Shown piece by piece: positions 32,899-44,631 of a DNA stretch of 64,000 nucleotides. This DNA comes from Escherichia coli (lineage in GTDB: Bacteria > Pseudomonadota > Gammaproteobacteria > Enterobacterales > Enterobacteriaceae), in the NCBI RefSeq assembly GCF_003334315.1, contig NZ_QOWR01000001.1; one strand, given 5' to 3'. The number at the start of each line of letters is the position of its first letter. Within the stretch, counting starts at the first letter, position 1. Made by a program: the position numbers and the translations under genes. A model generated the notes under the pieces. That model made no database searches and was not told where the DNA came from. It saw nothing but the letters and a program-made list of their open reading frames with translations.

Positions 32899-34193
32899 TA
32901 TCGCTCCTGTTTATGCCCTAACTTCCGTAGCATTTCGCGCGTTACCAGCACGATGCCTTCTTCTGAACGATAGAAACGACGTGCATCTTCCTCTGCGTTT
33001 TCACCAATCACCATGCCTTCCGGAATAACACAAGCACGATCGATGACGCAGCGGCGCAGACGGCACGAGCGACCTACCCATACTTCCGGTAACAATACGG
33101 CGGAATCAATGTTGCAGAATGAATTCACGCGAACGCGCGAGAACAGAACGGACTGCACCACCACCGAACCGGAGATCACACAACCGCCGGAAACCAGTGA
33201 GTTAAGGGTCATCCCGTGGCTACCGGAGCGATCCTGCACGAATTTCGCTGGCGGTAATGATTCATTGTAGGTGCGAATTGGCCAATTGCGATCGTACATA
33301 TCCAGTTCCGGCACCACAGAGGCCAGATCGAGGTTCGCTTTCCAGTAAGCTTCCAGCGTACCCACATCGCGCCAGTACGGCTCGGCATCCGGGTCGGATT
33401 GTACGCAAGAGAGCGGGAACGGGTGCGCATAGGCCAGACCGGCTTCGGTGATCTTGGGAATCAAATCTTTGCCAAAGTCGTGGCTGGAGTTCTCATCGCG
33501 ATCGTCTTCTTCCAGCAGTTCATACAGATAGTCGGCGTCAAAGACGTAGATACCCATACTCGCCAGAGATTTGCTCGGATCGTTCGGCATTGACGGCGGG
33601 TTAGCAGGTTTTTCAACGAATTCGATAATTTTATCGTTCTCATCAACCGCCATAACGCCAAATGCGGAGGCTTCTTCAATCGGTACTGGCATACAAGCAA
33701 CGGTGCAACGTGCGCCTTTTTCGACGTGATCGATAAGCATACGCGAGTAGTCTTGCTTGTAGATATGGTCGCCCGCCAGGATCACCACGTATTCCGCTTT
33801 ATAACGGCGGATAATGTCGAGGTTTTGGGTGACCGCATCTGCGGTGCCGCGATACCAGTTTTCCCCTTTCATTCTCTGCTGTGCTGGCAGCAGATCGACA
33901 AACTCGTTCATTTCTTCATTGAAGAATGACCAGCCGCGCTGAATGTGCTGCACCAGAGTGTGGGACTGGTACTGGGTGATCACGCCCATACGACGGATCC
34001 CGGAGTTGATGCAGTTAGACAGCGCAAAGTCGATAATGCGGAACTTACCGCCGAAGTGTACGGCCGGTTTTGCTCGCTTATTGGTTAAATCCTTCAGGCG
34101 GGTACCACGTCCTCCCGCCAGTATCAGGGCAACAGATTTCAATGGCAGCTGGCGCGCCAACATTAAGTGATCGTTCTTCTCTAAACTAACCAT
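32898..34193 (-). CDS. glgC: Glucose-1-phosphate adenylyltransferase GlgC
   Basis: Track ORF 32898..34229; recognised start [17 protein letters not shown]... (residue 13 of track ORF). Confidence 0.94.
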
Positions 34194-34210
34194 GACTAAC
34201 TCCTTTTTTA

Positions 34211-36184
34211 TCATCTCTGGAACACACACAATCCGTGTGCAGGTCCCTGCCAGACAGCCGTAATCACTGGGTTATCCTCTCCAGCGAATGGGGGAATGGC
34301 GTGCCACTCCCCAGCAGGTAAAATAATCTCTGTTACCTCAAGCGTGGCGTTAATTGCGATCAAAAAGCGATCCGAGAGCAGAATTTGCAGCTGTTTCGGC
34401 CCGTTTTGCCACTCATCCGTGCTTAAAGGTTGAGCATATCGATTTAGCCAACGGACATTGCCGTCGCCTTCTTCCCACCAGCGATTCTCCACCAAAGCGG
34501 GAATGCGCTTGCGCAGATGGATTAACGCGGCGGTAAATGCGGTTAAACCACTGCTTGCCTGCGACCAGTCCAACCAGGTTAATTGGTTATCCTGACAGTA
34601 GGCATTGTTATTGCCATGCTGGCTGTGACCATGTTCGTCACCGGCCAGTAACATCGGCGTACCCTGGGAGAGCAACAACGTTGTTAACAGGGCGTGAATG
34701 CTGTCGCGCCGCCGTTCAACCAGGTCAAGAGAACCGCCTAACCCTTCTTTACCATGATTGTTACTGTAATTGTTGTTGGTCCCGTCGCGATTTTCTTCTC
34801 CGTTTGCTTCATTGTGTTTATGGTTGAAGCAAACGCAGTCGCGAAGCGTAAAACCGTCATGCGCGGTGACGAGATTAATCGCGGCACTCGGCAGACGACC
34901 ATTACGTTTAAAAACATCGCTGGAGGCAGCAAAACGCCCGGCAAACGCCCCCAGAGGCAAATCATAATGTAGCCAGAAACGACGGGCAGCATCGCGGAAA
35001 TGATCGTTCCACTCGGCAAACAGCGGCGGGAAATTTCCCACCTGATAACCACCAGGAGCGATATCCCACGGTTCAGCAATTAACTTCACCTGCGAGAGCA
35101 CCGGGCAGTTCTGGATAGCGGTAAACAACGGCGCATCCTGACGGAACTCTGGCGTACGGCCCATGACTGCCGCCAGATCAAAGCGGAAACCATCGACGTG
35201 GCAGGTTTCTACCCAATAACGCAGGCAGGCGCTGGCATAATCCACCACCGCCGGATGACTCAAATTGAGCGTATTGCCGCAACCGGTCCAGTTGTGATAA
35301 TCGCCGTCTTCTCTTATCCAATAATAGCTACGGTTATCGATCCCACGCAGCGAGAATAACGGGCCGTCGAGGTCCAGTTCCGCACTATGGTTGAGCACGA
35401 TATCAAGAATGACTTCGATACCCGCTTTATGCAGTGCTTTGATTGCATCGCGAAACTCATCCAGCGCCGTTTCTGGCGAGCAGGCATACGCCGGATGCAG
35501 CGCAAACATCGCCACCGGGTTGTAACCCCAGTAGTTACTTAGCCCCATGCGTTGCAGACGTGGTTCACTGGCAAACTGCGCCACTGGCAGCAGTTCCAGC
35601 GCGGTAATGCCCAATTGTTTCAAATAGTTGATCATCACCGGATGCCCGAGGGCTTTATAAGTGCCACGGATCTCGACCGGGATCTCCGGGTGCAAGTACG
35701 TTAATCCTTTGACATGGGCTTCATAAATGATGGTGCTGCCCCACGGCGTGCGCGGCGGGGCATCATCTTCCCAGTCATAGTGATCAACCACCACTACGCA
35801 TTTCGGCGCAATGGCGGCGTTGTCGCGATAGTCAGGTTCATTATGACCGGCGTGCAGCAGCGGGTTATCTTTAAACTCCCCGTCAATTTGCCGCGCGCAA
35901 GGATCAATCAACAACTTCGCCGGGTTAAAGCGATGCCCCTCGGCGGGTTGCCAGGGGCCATGAACGCGATAACCATAACGCAAACCCGGGCGCGCATCCG
36001 GCAGATAACCGTGCCAAATGTCGCCACTGTGCCCTGGCAAGTCATAGCGATGTTCCTGGCCATTGGCGTCAAAGACACACAGTTCTACCCGCTCGGCATG
36101 AGCGGAGAAAAGTGTGAAGTTGACGCCCTGACCGTCGTAATGCGCGCCGAGGGGAGCGGGTTTGCCAATGGCGAGTTGTGTCAT
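34211..36184 (-). CDS. glgX: Glycogen debranching enzyme GlgX
   Basis: 657-aa [38 protein letters not shown]... Confidence 0.96.
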
Positions 36185-38367
36185 TCTGCCTCCCGAACCA
36201 GCCAGATAGTGGCCAGCGGTGGTAGCGTCAGGCTTAGTGAATGCTGACGACCGTGGCTGGCAATCTCATCGCTGTGTACCGTGCCGCCATTGCCTGCATT
36301 ACTGCCGTGATAGTGCATGGAATCGGTATTGAGGATTTCACGCCATTTGCCCGGCTGGTTTATGCCGAAGCGATAATCATGACGCGGTACCGGCGTAAAG
36401 TTACTGGCAACGATGATTTCGTTACCCTCTTTATCGCGACGCACAAAGATCAGCACCGAGCGTTCTTTGTCATCCACCACCAGCCATTCAAAGCCGTACG
36501 GGTCAAAATCCAGTTCATGCATTGCTTTATGGTGGCGGTAGGTGAGGTTCAGATCGCGCACCAGACGCTGGACACCGTGGTGCCAGTTATCGCCGCCTTC
36601 CAACAGATGCCAGTCGAGGCTGGCGTCATGGTTCCACTCGCGGCCCTGGGCAAATTCGTTACCCATGAACAGTAGTTTCTTGCCCGGGAATGCCCACATC
36701 CAGCCATAGTAGGCGCGCAGGTTCGCGAATTTCTGCCATGCGTCGCCCGGCATGCGGTCGAGAATCGATTTTTTACCGTGGACCACTTCATCATGCGACA
36801 ACGGCAGGACGAAGTTTTCAGTGTAGTTGTAGAGAATCCCGAAGGTCAGTTTATCGTGATGATACTGACGATAAACCGGGTCGAGCTTCATGTAGTCCAG
36901 GGTGTCATGCATCCAGCCGAGGTTCCACTTGTACCAGAAGCCCAGACCGCCCATATCCTGCGGACGAGAAACGCCAGGGAAATCGGTAGACTCCTCAGCC
37001 ATTGTCACCGCACCGGAAACCTGCTCACCAAGAATACGGTTGGTATTACGCAAGAATTCAATCGCTTCAAGATTCTCGCGCCCGCCAAATTCGTTCGGGA
37101 TCCACTCCCCCTCTTTACGGCTGTAGTCGCGATAAATCATTGACGCCACCGCATCGACGCGCAGCGCATCAATACCAAAACGTTCAATCCAGTAAAGCGC
37201 GTTACCGACGAGGAAGTTACTGACTTCACGGCGACCATAGTTGTAGATCAGCGTGTTCCAGTCCTGATGATAGCCTTCACGCGGATCGCTGTGTTCATAC
37301 AAGTTCGTGCCATCAAATTCGGCAAGCGCAAAGTCATCAGTCGGGAAGTGGCCTGGCACCCAGTCGAGAATCACGTTCAGACCAGCTGCGTGTGCGGCAT
37401 CAATGAAATAACGGAAGTCGTCGCGAGTACCAAAACGGCGGGTTGGCGCATACAGGCCGGTTGGCTGATAACCCCAACTGCCATCGAAGGGATGCTCGTT
37501 AATGGGCAGTAGTTCGAGGTGGGTAAAGCCCATCCATTTAGCATAAGGCACCAGTTGATCGGCCAGCTCGCGGTAGCTCAACCAGAAATTGTTGTCGGTG
37601 TGGCGACGCCAGGAACCCAGGTGAACTTCATAAATAGAGATTGGCGCATCAAACTGATTCGCTTTTTTGCGCTCTTCAGTCTGTACAACCTTTTCCGGCA
37701 GCCCGCAAATAAGAGACGCGGTTTCCGGGCGCATTTGCGCTTCAAAGGCATAAGGGTCGGACTTCAGACGCAAGTTGCCATTGGCATCAATCATCTCGTA
37801 TTTATAGAGCTGACCGTTATGCGCCCCAGGGATAAACAGTTCCCAGATGCCGCTCTCTTTACGCAGGCGCATCGGGTGACGGCGACCGTCCCAGTAGTTG
37901 AATTGCCCAACCACCGAGACCCGACGGGCGTTTGGAGCCCAGACAGAGAAACGCGTACCTGTGACGCCATCCATAGTATCTGCATGCGCGCCTAAGGTTT
38001 CATACGGGCGCAGGTGAGTACCTTCAGATAATAGCCAGGCATCCATTTCCTGGATTAGCGGACCAAAACGGTAAGGATCATCAATCAGGTTTTGCTGACC
38101 ATGCCAGACAACAGCCAACTGATAGCGGAAAAAATTCTTACGTCGCGGAATGACGCCGCTAAAGAATCCCCGTGAGTCGAGACACTCCAGTTTTGCGAGT
38201 TTGCGCCCGGTTTTCGGTTCAATCACCCACACATCGGTAGCGTCGGGTAAAAGGGCACGGACTTCCAGTCCCGCGGTGGTTTTATGCATTCCCAGTACGG
38301 AAAAAGGATCCGCAAAATGGCCTGCAATTAGCGCGTTAATCACGTCTCTATCGATACGATCGGACAT
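36181..38367 (-). CDS. glgB: 1,4-alpha-glucan branching enzyme GlgB
   Basis: 728-aa ORF; 4-nt overlap with glgX start. Confidence 0.96.
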   Translation of the reverse strand: MSDRIDRDVINALIAGHFADPFSVLGMHKTTAGLEVRALLPDATDVWVIEPKTGRKLAKLECLDSRGFFSGVIPRRKNFFRYQLAVVWHGQQNLIDDPYRFGPLIQEMDAWLLSEGTHLRPYETLGAHADTMDGVTGTRFSVWAPNARRVSVVGQFNYWDGRRHPMRLRKESGIWELFIPGAHNGQLYKYEMIDANGNLRLKSDPYAFEAQMRPETASLICGLPEKVVQTEERKKANQFDAPISIYEVHLGSWRRHTDNNFWLSYRELADQLVPYAKWMGFTHLELLPINEHPFDGSWGYQPTGLYAPTRRFGTRDDFRYFIDAAHAAGLNVILDWVPGHFPTDDFALAEFDGTNLYEHSDPREGYHQDWNTLIYNYGRREVSNFLVGNALYWIERFGIDALRVDAVASMIYRDYSRKEGEWIPNEFGGRENLEAIEFLRNTNRILGEQVSGAVTMAEESTDFPGVSRPQDMGGLGFWYKWNLGWMHDTLDYMKLDPVYRQYHHDKLTFGILYNYTENFVLPLSHDEVVHGKKSILDRMPGDAWQKFANLRAYYGWMWAFPGKKLLFMGNEFAQGREWNHDASLDWHLLEGGDNWHHGVQRLVRDLNLTYRHHKAMHELDFDPYGFEWLVVDDKERSVLIFVRRDKEGNEIIVASNFTPVPRHDYRFGINQPGKWREILNTDSMHYHGSNAGNGGTVHSDEIASHGRQHSLSLTLPPLATIWLVREAE

Positions 38368-38639
38368 GCTTGTCTTCCTGTTTTATTGTGTCACCCCATC
38401 CAATTGGATTTTTGACTTCTGGTTGTGACATTTTTTTGACCTGAACGGCGCAGCACTCTGTGCATCCTCTCTGCGTCGTCCTCACTTCAGGTAAGGCTGT
38501 GAATACTCATGTATTCAGCCACCCTTAAAGAATAGCCAATGCTCTATTTAACTCCCGGTAAATCATGAAACATCTGCGCTTACTCCTGTATTACGCACTA
38601 ACAGGGGCGGCATCGCGCCCCAGATTTAATGAATAAAGA

Positions 38640-39743
38640 TTACGCCAGTTGACGAAGCATCCGACGCAGCGGCTCCGCGGCCCCCCACAGCAGCTGGTCG
38701 CCCACTGTAAAGGCTGACAGGAACTCTGGTCCCATATTCAGCTTACGCAGGCGGCCTACCGGCGTGGTCAGCGTGCCGGTAACGGCAGCTGGGGTTAGCT
38801 CACGCATAGTGATTTCCCGATCGTTCGGAACGACTTTCGCCCACGGATTGTGCGCAGCCAGCAGTTCTTCCACGGTCGGAATAGACACATCTTTTTTCAA
38901 TTTAATAGTGAATGCCTGGCTGTGGCAGCGCAATGCCCCGACACGCACACATAAACCATCTACCGGAATTACGGAAGATGTGTTGAGGATCTTGTTGGTT
39001 TCCGCCTGCCCTTTCCACTCTTCGCGGCTCTGACCGTTATCGAGCTGTTTGTCGATCCACGGAATCAGGCTACCCGCCAGCGGCACGCCAAAGTTATCCA
39101 CCGGCAGCTCACCGCTACGGGTTAAGGTTGTGACTTTGCGTTCGATATCGAGAATAGCAGAGGACGGGGTCGCGAGTTCATCTGCCACATGGCCATACAG
39201 ATGGCCCATCTGGGTTAATAACTCACGCATATGTCGCGCACCACCGCCGGAAGCGGCCTGGTAGGTTGCAACGGACACCCAATCAACAAGATCATTGGCG
39301 AATAAACCACCCAACGACATCAACATCAGGCTTACGGTACAGTTACCGCCAACAAAAGTCCTGATGCCATTATTTAATCCGTCGGTAATGACGTCCTGAT
39401 TGACGGGGTCAAGAATGATGATGGCGTCATCTTTCATGCGCAGAGACGATGCTGCGTCAATCCAGTAACCTTGCCATCCGCTTTCACGAAGCTTTGGATA
39501 GATTTCGTTGGTATAATCGCCGCCCTGACAGGTCACAATGATATCGAGGGCCTTTAGCGCCTCCAGATCAAAGGCATCCTGAAGTGTGCCAGTGGTTCCG
39601 CCAAAAGACGGCGCAGCCTGGCCAAGCTGAGAAGTAGAAAAGAAGACAGGGCGAATGGCGTCGAAGTCGCGCTCTTCAACCATGCGTTGCATGAGAACGG
39701 AGCCGACCATACCGCGCCAGCCGATAAAACCAACATTTTTCAT
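38640..39743 (-). CDS. asd: Aspartate-semialdehyde dehydrogenase Asd
   Basis: Track ORF 38640..39803; recognised start [21 protein letters not shown]... Confidence 0.95.
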
Positions 39744-39934
39744 AAGCGTTTTTTCCTGCAAAGATGTGTGCTGTATAAATGTGCCGGTCTCCTCTTGGCA
39801 CATCTTTCACCATACAAAAAGCAGCCAAAGTCGCAAGTGAAATTAATCAATGATAGCGAAGCCATCAGTAATGCGACTTATCCTGCTTTGTTAGCACGCA
39901 GAAAGTCCGCGGCAATTATCAGGGAATTTGAGTT

Positions 39935-40528
39935 ATGAATGAAATCATTTCTGCAGCAGTTTTATTGATCCTGATTATGGATCCGCTCGGAAACCTACCT
40001 ATTTTCATGTCCGTACTGAAACATACTGAACCGAAAAGACGGCGGGCAATCATGGTGCGAGAGTTGCTTATTGCTCTCCTGGTGATGCTGGTGTTCCTGT
40101 TTGCGGGTGAGAAAATTCTGGCATTTCTCAGCCTGCGAGCAGAAACCGTCTCCATTTCTGGCGGCATCATTCTGTTTCTGATCGCCATTAAGATGATTTT
40201 CCCCAGCGCTTCAGGAAATAGCAGCGGGCTTCCTGCAGGTGAAGAGCCATTTATCGTGCCGTTGGCAATTCCGTTAGTCGCCGGGCCGACTATTCTCGCC
40301 ACGCTGATGTTGTTGTCTCATCAGTACCCGAATCAGATGGGGCATCTGGTGATTGCTCTGCTGCTGGCCTGGGGCGGCACCTTTGTCATCCTGCTACAGT
40401 CTTCGCTATTTTTACGTCTGCTGGGCGAGAAAGGGGTGAACGCACTTGAACGCCTGATGGGATTGATTCTGGTGATGATGGCAACCCAGATGTTCCTCGA
40501 CGGCATTCGAATGTGGATGAAGGGGTAA
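39935..40528 (+). CDS. yhgN: MarC-family inner membrane protein YhgN
   Basis: 197-aa hydrophobic ORF MNEIISAAVLLILIMDPLGNLPIFMSVL... Confidence 0.88.
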   Translation: MNEIISAAVLLILIMDPLGNLPIFMSVLKHTEPKRRRAIMVRELLIALLVMLVFLFAGEKILAFLSLRAETVSISGGIILFLIAIKMIFPSASGNSSGLPAGEEPFIVPLAIPLVAGPTILATLMLLSHQYPNQMGHLVIALLLAWGGTFVILLQSSLFLRLLGEKGVNALERLMGLILVMMATQMFLDGIRMWMKG

Positions 40529-40584
40529 CGAGGAGAGTTTTTCGAAAAGAACCCGGTAGCGTCACAACTACCGGGCGAACAAAC

Positions 40585-41925
40585 TTAACTCAACAGCTGG
40601 AACGCAATCATCCCAACGATGGCACCGACAGTGCCGAGAATGGTTTCCATCATGGTCCAGGTTTTCAGCGTTTCGGCTTCGGTCGCGCCGGTAAATTTAC
40701 CGAACAACCAGAAACCAGCGTCGTTAACGTGGCTGACAACAATCGAACCACCAGCGATACAAATCGACAGTGCCGCCATTTGCGCACCAGAGTAGTTCAG
40801 TTGTTCAATGACTGGCATCACCAGTCCCACCGCCGTTAAACAGGCTACGGTGGCAGACCCCTGAATGATGCGCACTGCAGCGGCCAGCACGAAGCAGGTG
40901 ATAGCAATCGGCAGGCCCATGCCGGTTAACGCTTCGCCCAGTGCCGGACCTACGCCAGAGTCAACCAGCACCTGTTTGAACACGCCGCCCGCACCAATCA
41001 CCAGCAGAATGATCCCCGCCGGTTGCAGCGCGTGACCGCAAATCTCCATCACTTTGTCTTTTGGCATGCCCTGACGCATCGCCAGGCCATAAATCGCCAC
41101 CAGACAAGCAACCAGAATCGCGGTAAACGGATGACCAATAAACTCGAACCATTCGTAAGCGGTAGAGCCTTCTGGCACAAAACGCGCGGCAATGGTTTTC
41201 AGCCCCACCAGCACCAGCGGCAACAGGATCAGCGACAGGCTGAATCCGAAGGACGGCATTTTGCCTTCGCCGAGATGCGGTTCGCTGATGTCGTCAGGAA
41301 TATGCAACTCCACGTAACGGCTGATGAAATTACCCCACAGCGGCCCGGCAATAATCATTCCCGGAATTGCCGCACACAGGCCAATCAGGATCATCCAGCC
41401 AAAATCGGCGTTCATCTGCGATGCCAGCAGCATTGGCGCTGGCCCTGGCACCAGGAACGCCGCCGCTGCCGCCACGCCTGCGAATAATGGGATTACCAGC
41501 TTCACCAGGTTCGTACCGGTGTGGCGCGCCATTGAGAAAGCAACGCTAATCAGCAGAACAATCGCCACTTCAAAGAACAGCGGTAGCGCACAGACCAGCC
41601 CCGCAAGGCCGATGGCATAATGCGCGCGGCTGTGACCGAAGGATTTGAGCATTTTGACGGCAATCTGATCGACTGCGCCGGTTTCATGTAAGATCTTGCC
41701 AAACATAGCTCCCAGGGCGACAACCACCGCCAGGAAGCCGAGGGTGCCTCCCATCCCTTTTTCCATCGTCGCTGCGATTTTATCGAGCGGCATACCGGAA
41801 AAAAGGCCAGCCCCCATGGACACCACCATTAAAGCCAGGAAAGCGTGCATACGCGCCTTCATGACTAAAAACAGCAGCAGTAAAACAGACCCTACTGCTG
41901 TTAAAACAAGCGTTAATGTAGTCAC
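40585..41925 (-). CDS. gntU: Low-affinity gluconate transporter GntU (GntP family)
   Basis: 446-aa polytopic ORF; paralog of gntT. Confidence 0.93.
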   Translation of the reverse strand: MTTLTLVLTAVGSVLLLLFLVMKARMHAFLALMVVSMGAGLFSGMPLDKIAATMEKGMGGTLGFLAVVVALGAMFGKILHETGAVDQIAVKMLKSFGHSRAHYAIGLAGLVCALPLFFEVAIVLLISVAFSMARHTGTNLVKLVIPLFAGVAAAAAFLVPGPAPMLLASQMNADFGWMILIGLCAAIPGMIIAGPLWGNFISRYVELHIPDDISEPHLGEGKMPSFGFSLSLILLPLVLVGLKTIAARFVPEGSTAYEWFEFIGHPFTAILVACLVAIYGLAMRQGMPKDKVMEICGHALQPAGIILLVIGAGGVFKQVLVDSGVGPALGEALTGMGLPIAITCFVLAAAVRIIQGSATVACLTAVGLVMPVIEQLNYSGAQMAALSICIAGGSIVVSHVNDAGFWLFGKFTGATEAETLKTWTMMETILGTVGAIVGMIAFQLLS

Positions 41926-41928
41926 TAC

Positions 41929-42456
41929 TTATTTGCCTTTTTTAATAACCTCAATGGTGCTTGCCACAACACCTTCCAGCGGTTGATCGATATCCACCAC
42001 CAGTACATCAGTTTCGTCCGCACCCGGCTCCTGCAGCGTTTCAAACTGCGTCACCAACATTTGGGTTTTAAAGAAATGGCCTTTGCGCGCTTTCAGGCGG
42101 CTTTCAATCACGTCAAAATCGCCTTTCAGGTAGATGAAAGAGAGATTCGGATTACCTTCACGCAGCAAGTCGCGATAGTGTTTTTTCAATGCAGAACAGA
42201 CGATCAGTGACACTTTATTAGTGCGCTGCATAGCAAACGCGGCGTCGTTCAGCGCCTGCAACCAGGGTTTGCGATCGTCGTCATTCAGCGGTTCGCCAGA
42301 CGCCATTTTTTCGATATTGCGCCGTGGATGGAGGAAATCGCCATCAAGAAACGCGGCATGAAGTTGATGCGCCACTTCACTGGCGACCGCAGATTTGCCG
42401 CTGCCCGATACGCCCATCAAGACGTAAATGTGGTGATCATGGTTAGTCGTGCTCAA
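41929..42456 (-). CDS. gntK: Thermoresistant gluconokinase GntK
   Basis: Track ORF 41929..42477; P-loop GVSGSGKS; start set at the codon giving MSTTNHDHHIYVLMG (non-ATG), so start is uncertain. Confidence 0.88.
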   Translation of the reverse strand: MSTTNHDHHIYVLMGVSGSGKSAVASEVAHQLHAAFLDGDFLHPRRNIEKMASGEPLNDDDRKPWLQALNDAAFAMQRTNKVSLIVCSALKKHYRDLLREGNPNLSFIYLKGDFDVIESRLKARKGHFFKTQMLVTQFETLQEPGADETDVLVVDIDQPLEGVVASTIEVIKKGK

Positions 42457-42486
42457 AGTGGTGCCCCCACAATACAAGAATTAAAA

Positions 42487-42515
42487 ATGTTACGGGTAAC
42501 TGTTATCGGTAACAT
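42487..42515. promoter_or_regulatory. GntR operator upstream of gntK
   Basis: ATGTTACGGGTAAC-TGTTATCGGTAACAT, two overlapping ATGTTA/TAACAT-type half-site pairs between gntR and gntK. Confidence 0.7.
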
Positions 42516-42594
42516 TGTCCAGCCGGACAATATCAGAAGCAATATCCATCCGTGCCTTAAGTGTATAAGTGTGAGCTACTTCAAATTTGTAGGC

Positions 42595-43590
42595 TTAAAT
42601 AGATCCGCCCGGTGACAAGGTGAAACCTAAATCTAACATTTTCGGTGTCACAGATTCGCCACGAATACGCGCCAGCAGGCGTTCAGCGCCAATACTGCCC
42701 ATCCGCTCACGCGGCGTCAGTACGCTCGCCAACCGTGGTTCCATCACCTGACCAATGTCATGACCGTGGAAACCGGCAATCGCCATATCGTCAGGAACTT
42801 TTAACCCCAGACGCTGGCATTCAAACGCCGCGCCGACCGCCAGGTCATCATTAGTACAGAACACGCCATCCAGCTGCGGATATTCCCGCCTCGCCTGGCG
42901 AATCAGTTCAATACCGGAAGAGTAAGAAGAAGATTGCTCAACCATCACGCTATATGGCACCAGGTCTGCATCCAGCATCGCCTGTTCGTATCCCTTCTGT
43001 TTGATGATAGTACGTTCGTCGAGACGTGCGCCGAGATAAGCAATGTGGCGATGCCCGCGAGCAATAATGGCGGTGGTCATCTGGCGTGCCGCTTCAAAGT
43101 TATCAAAACCGACGGCAATATCGAGGCACGGCGACTTGCTGTCCATCAACTCCACCACCGGGATCCCCGCCACTTCAATCATCTTTAAGGTGCGTGGCGT
43201 GTGAGTACGTTCGGTGAGGATCAGTCCGTCGATATTCCATGAGAGCATGGATTCGAGACGTTCTTGCTCCATTTCCGGTTTATAACCGTAGTGAGCCAGC
43301 ATGGTCTGATAACCGTGCGCGTCGGTGACGCTTTCGATTCCGCGTAATACTTCCGCGAAAACCTGGTTGGTGAGAGAAGGTAACAGGACGCCAATCGCCC
43401 GGCTGGTGGCGTTAGAGAGGATATCGGGCGCACGATTGGGAATATAGCCCAGTTCATCAAGAGCCGCGGCAATCTTGCCGCGTAGAGCGACGGAAACCTG
43501 CTCCGGGTTGCGTAAAAAACGGCTGACCGTCATTTTGGTCACGCCTACACGGTCAGCCACATCCTGAAGTACGGGTCTTTTCTTTTTCAT
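42595..43590 (-). CDS. gntR: LacI-family gluconate repressor GntR
   Basis: 331-aa ORF MKKKRPVLQDVADRVGVTKMTVSRFLRNP... (LacI HTH). Confidence 0.95.
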   Translation of the reverse strand: MKKKRPVLQDVADRVGVTKMTVSRFLRNPEQVSVALRGKIAAALDELGYIPNRAPDILSNATSRAIGVLLPSLTNQVFAEVLRGIESVTDAHGYQTMLAHYGYKPEMEQERLESMLSWNIDGLILTERTHTPRTLKMIEVAGIPVVELMDSKSPCLDIAVGFDNFEAARQMTTAIIARGHRHIAYLGARLDERTIIKQKGYEQAMLDADLVPYSVMVEQSSSYSSGIELIRQARREYPQLDGVFCTNDDLAVGAAFECQRLGLKVPDDMAIAGFHGHDIGQVMEPRLASVLTPRERMGSIGAERLLARIRGESVTPKMLDLGFTLSPGGSI

Positions 43591-43813
43591 CGTCCTGAAG
43601 GTACAAAAGAGATAGATTCTCTTAGTTTAACACGGACACATCAGAACCTTCCCGGGGAAAACAGTGCTTGTTTACAATTATTAGATATACACTAAATCAA
43701 TTGCATCGCATTGTGCTAACGACGCGGCAAAACCCCGGAAGCGTACATCAGCACGCGACCGGAGCGAGCGAGGAAGCCTGCAAAAAGGCAGGCTTCAAAT
43801 ATGCCGTTGAGTT

Positions 43814-44509
43814 TTAAACCGGCGGCAGATCGAACAGTAACACTTCGCTGTCGCTATCCGCATGGATGGAGATTGCCTGCTCATCCCAGATTGCCAGACC
43901 ATCGCTGGTCGAGGCTTTCACGCCGTTAATGGTGACATTGCCTTTCACCACCTGGATCCAGACGCGGCGTTCAGCGGCAATCTGATGCACCGACTGCTCA
44001 TCTTTCAGCAACGCCCAGCGGTACAGTTCCATATCCTGATGCACTTTCAATGAACCATCTCGCGCATCCGGCGAGAGCACCAGCTGTTTGCCCTGTACGG
44101 CATCGAAGCGACGCTGTTCATAACGCGGCGTAATACCGTTTTCTTCAGGCATGATCCAGATCTGATACAGATGCAGACGCTCGGTGCTGCTTGGGTTGTA
44201 CTCTGAGTGACGAATACCCGTACCAGCACTCATAATCTGGAACTCACCCGCCGGAACCTGCTCTTTATTGCCCATGCTGTCCTGATGCTCAACAGTACCT
44301 TCCAGCACGTAGGTCAAAATTTCCATATCTTTATGCGGGTGAGTGCCGAAGCCCTGCCCTGCTTCAATCACGTCGTCGTTAATCACGCGCAGCGCGGAGA
44401 AGCCCATAAAGTTCGGATCGTAATAGTTGGCAAAAGAGAAAGTATGCCAGGAGTCCAGCCAGCCATGATTTGCATGACCACGTTCATTTGCTTTGCGTAA
44501 GTAGATCAT
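43814..44509 (-). CDS. yhhW: Pirin-like cupin (quercetin 2,3-dioxygenase) YhhW
   Basis: 231-aa ORF MIYLRKANERGHANHGWLDSWHTFSF... Confidence 0.92.
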   Translation of the reverse strand: MIYLRKANERGHANHGWLDSWHTFSFANYYDPNFMGFSALRVINDDVIEAGQGFGTHPHKDMEILTYVLEGTVEHQDSMGNKEQVPAGEFQIMSAGTGIRHSEYNPSSTERLHLYQIWIMPEENGITPRYEQRRFDAVQGKQLVLSPDARDGSLKVHQDMELYRWALLKDEQSVHQIAAERRVWIQVVKGNVTINGVKASTSDGLAIWDEQAISIHADSDSEVLLFDLPPV

Positions 44510-44571
44510 TTGTATTCGCCCCCTGAATGATTTCGATGGGCTTAGTGTGGACCCGATCTGCCTGGGATGAT

Positions 44572-44625
44572 AGAGGGTGAAAATTGACCCCTCTGTTCAA
44601 AAAAATTGAACTATTCGAGGGGCCA
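44572..44625 (-). terminator. Nested inverted repeats just 3' of yhhX
   Basis: AGAGGGT/ACCCCTC and CCCCTC/GAGGGG arms sharing the CCCCTC segment, loop TTCAAAAAAATTGAA. Confidence 0.45.
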
Positions 44626-44631
44626 TCAAAC

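Noticed and set aside
38604-38621. GGGGCGGCATCGCGCCCC hairpin 3' of asd as a terminator
   Set aside because: Good stem but no U-run follows on the minus strand; not supportable as an intrinsic terminator from sequence alone.
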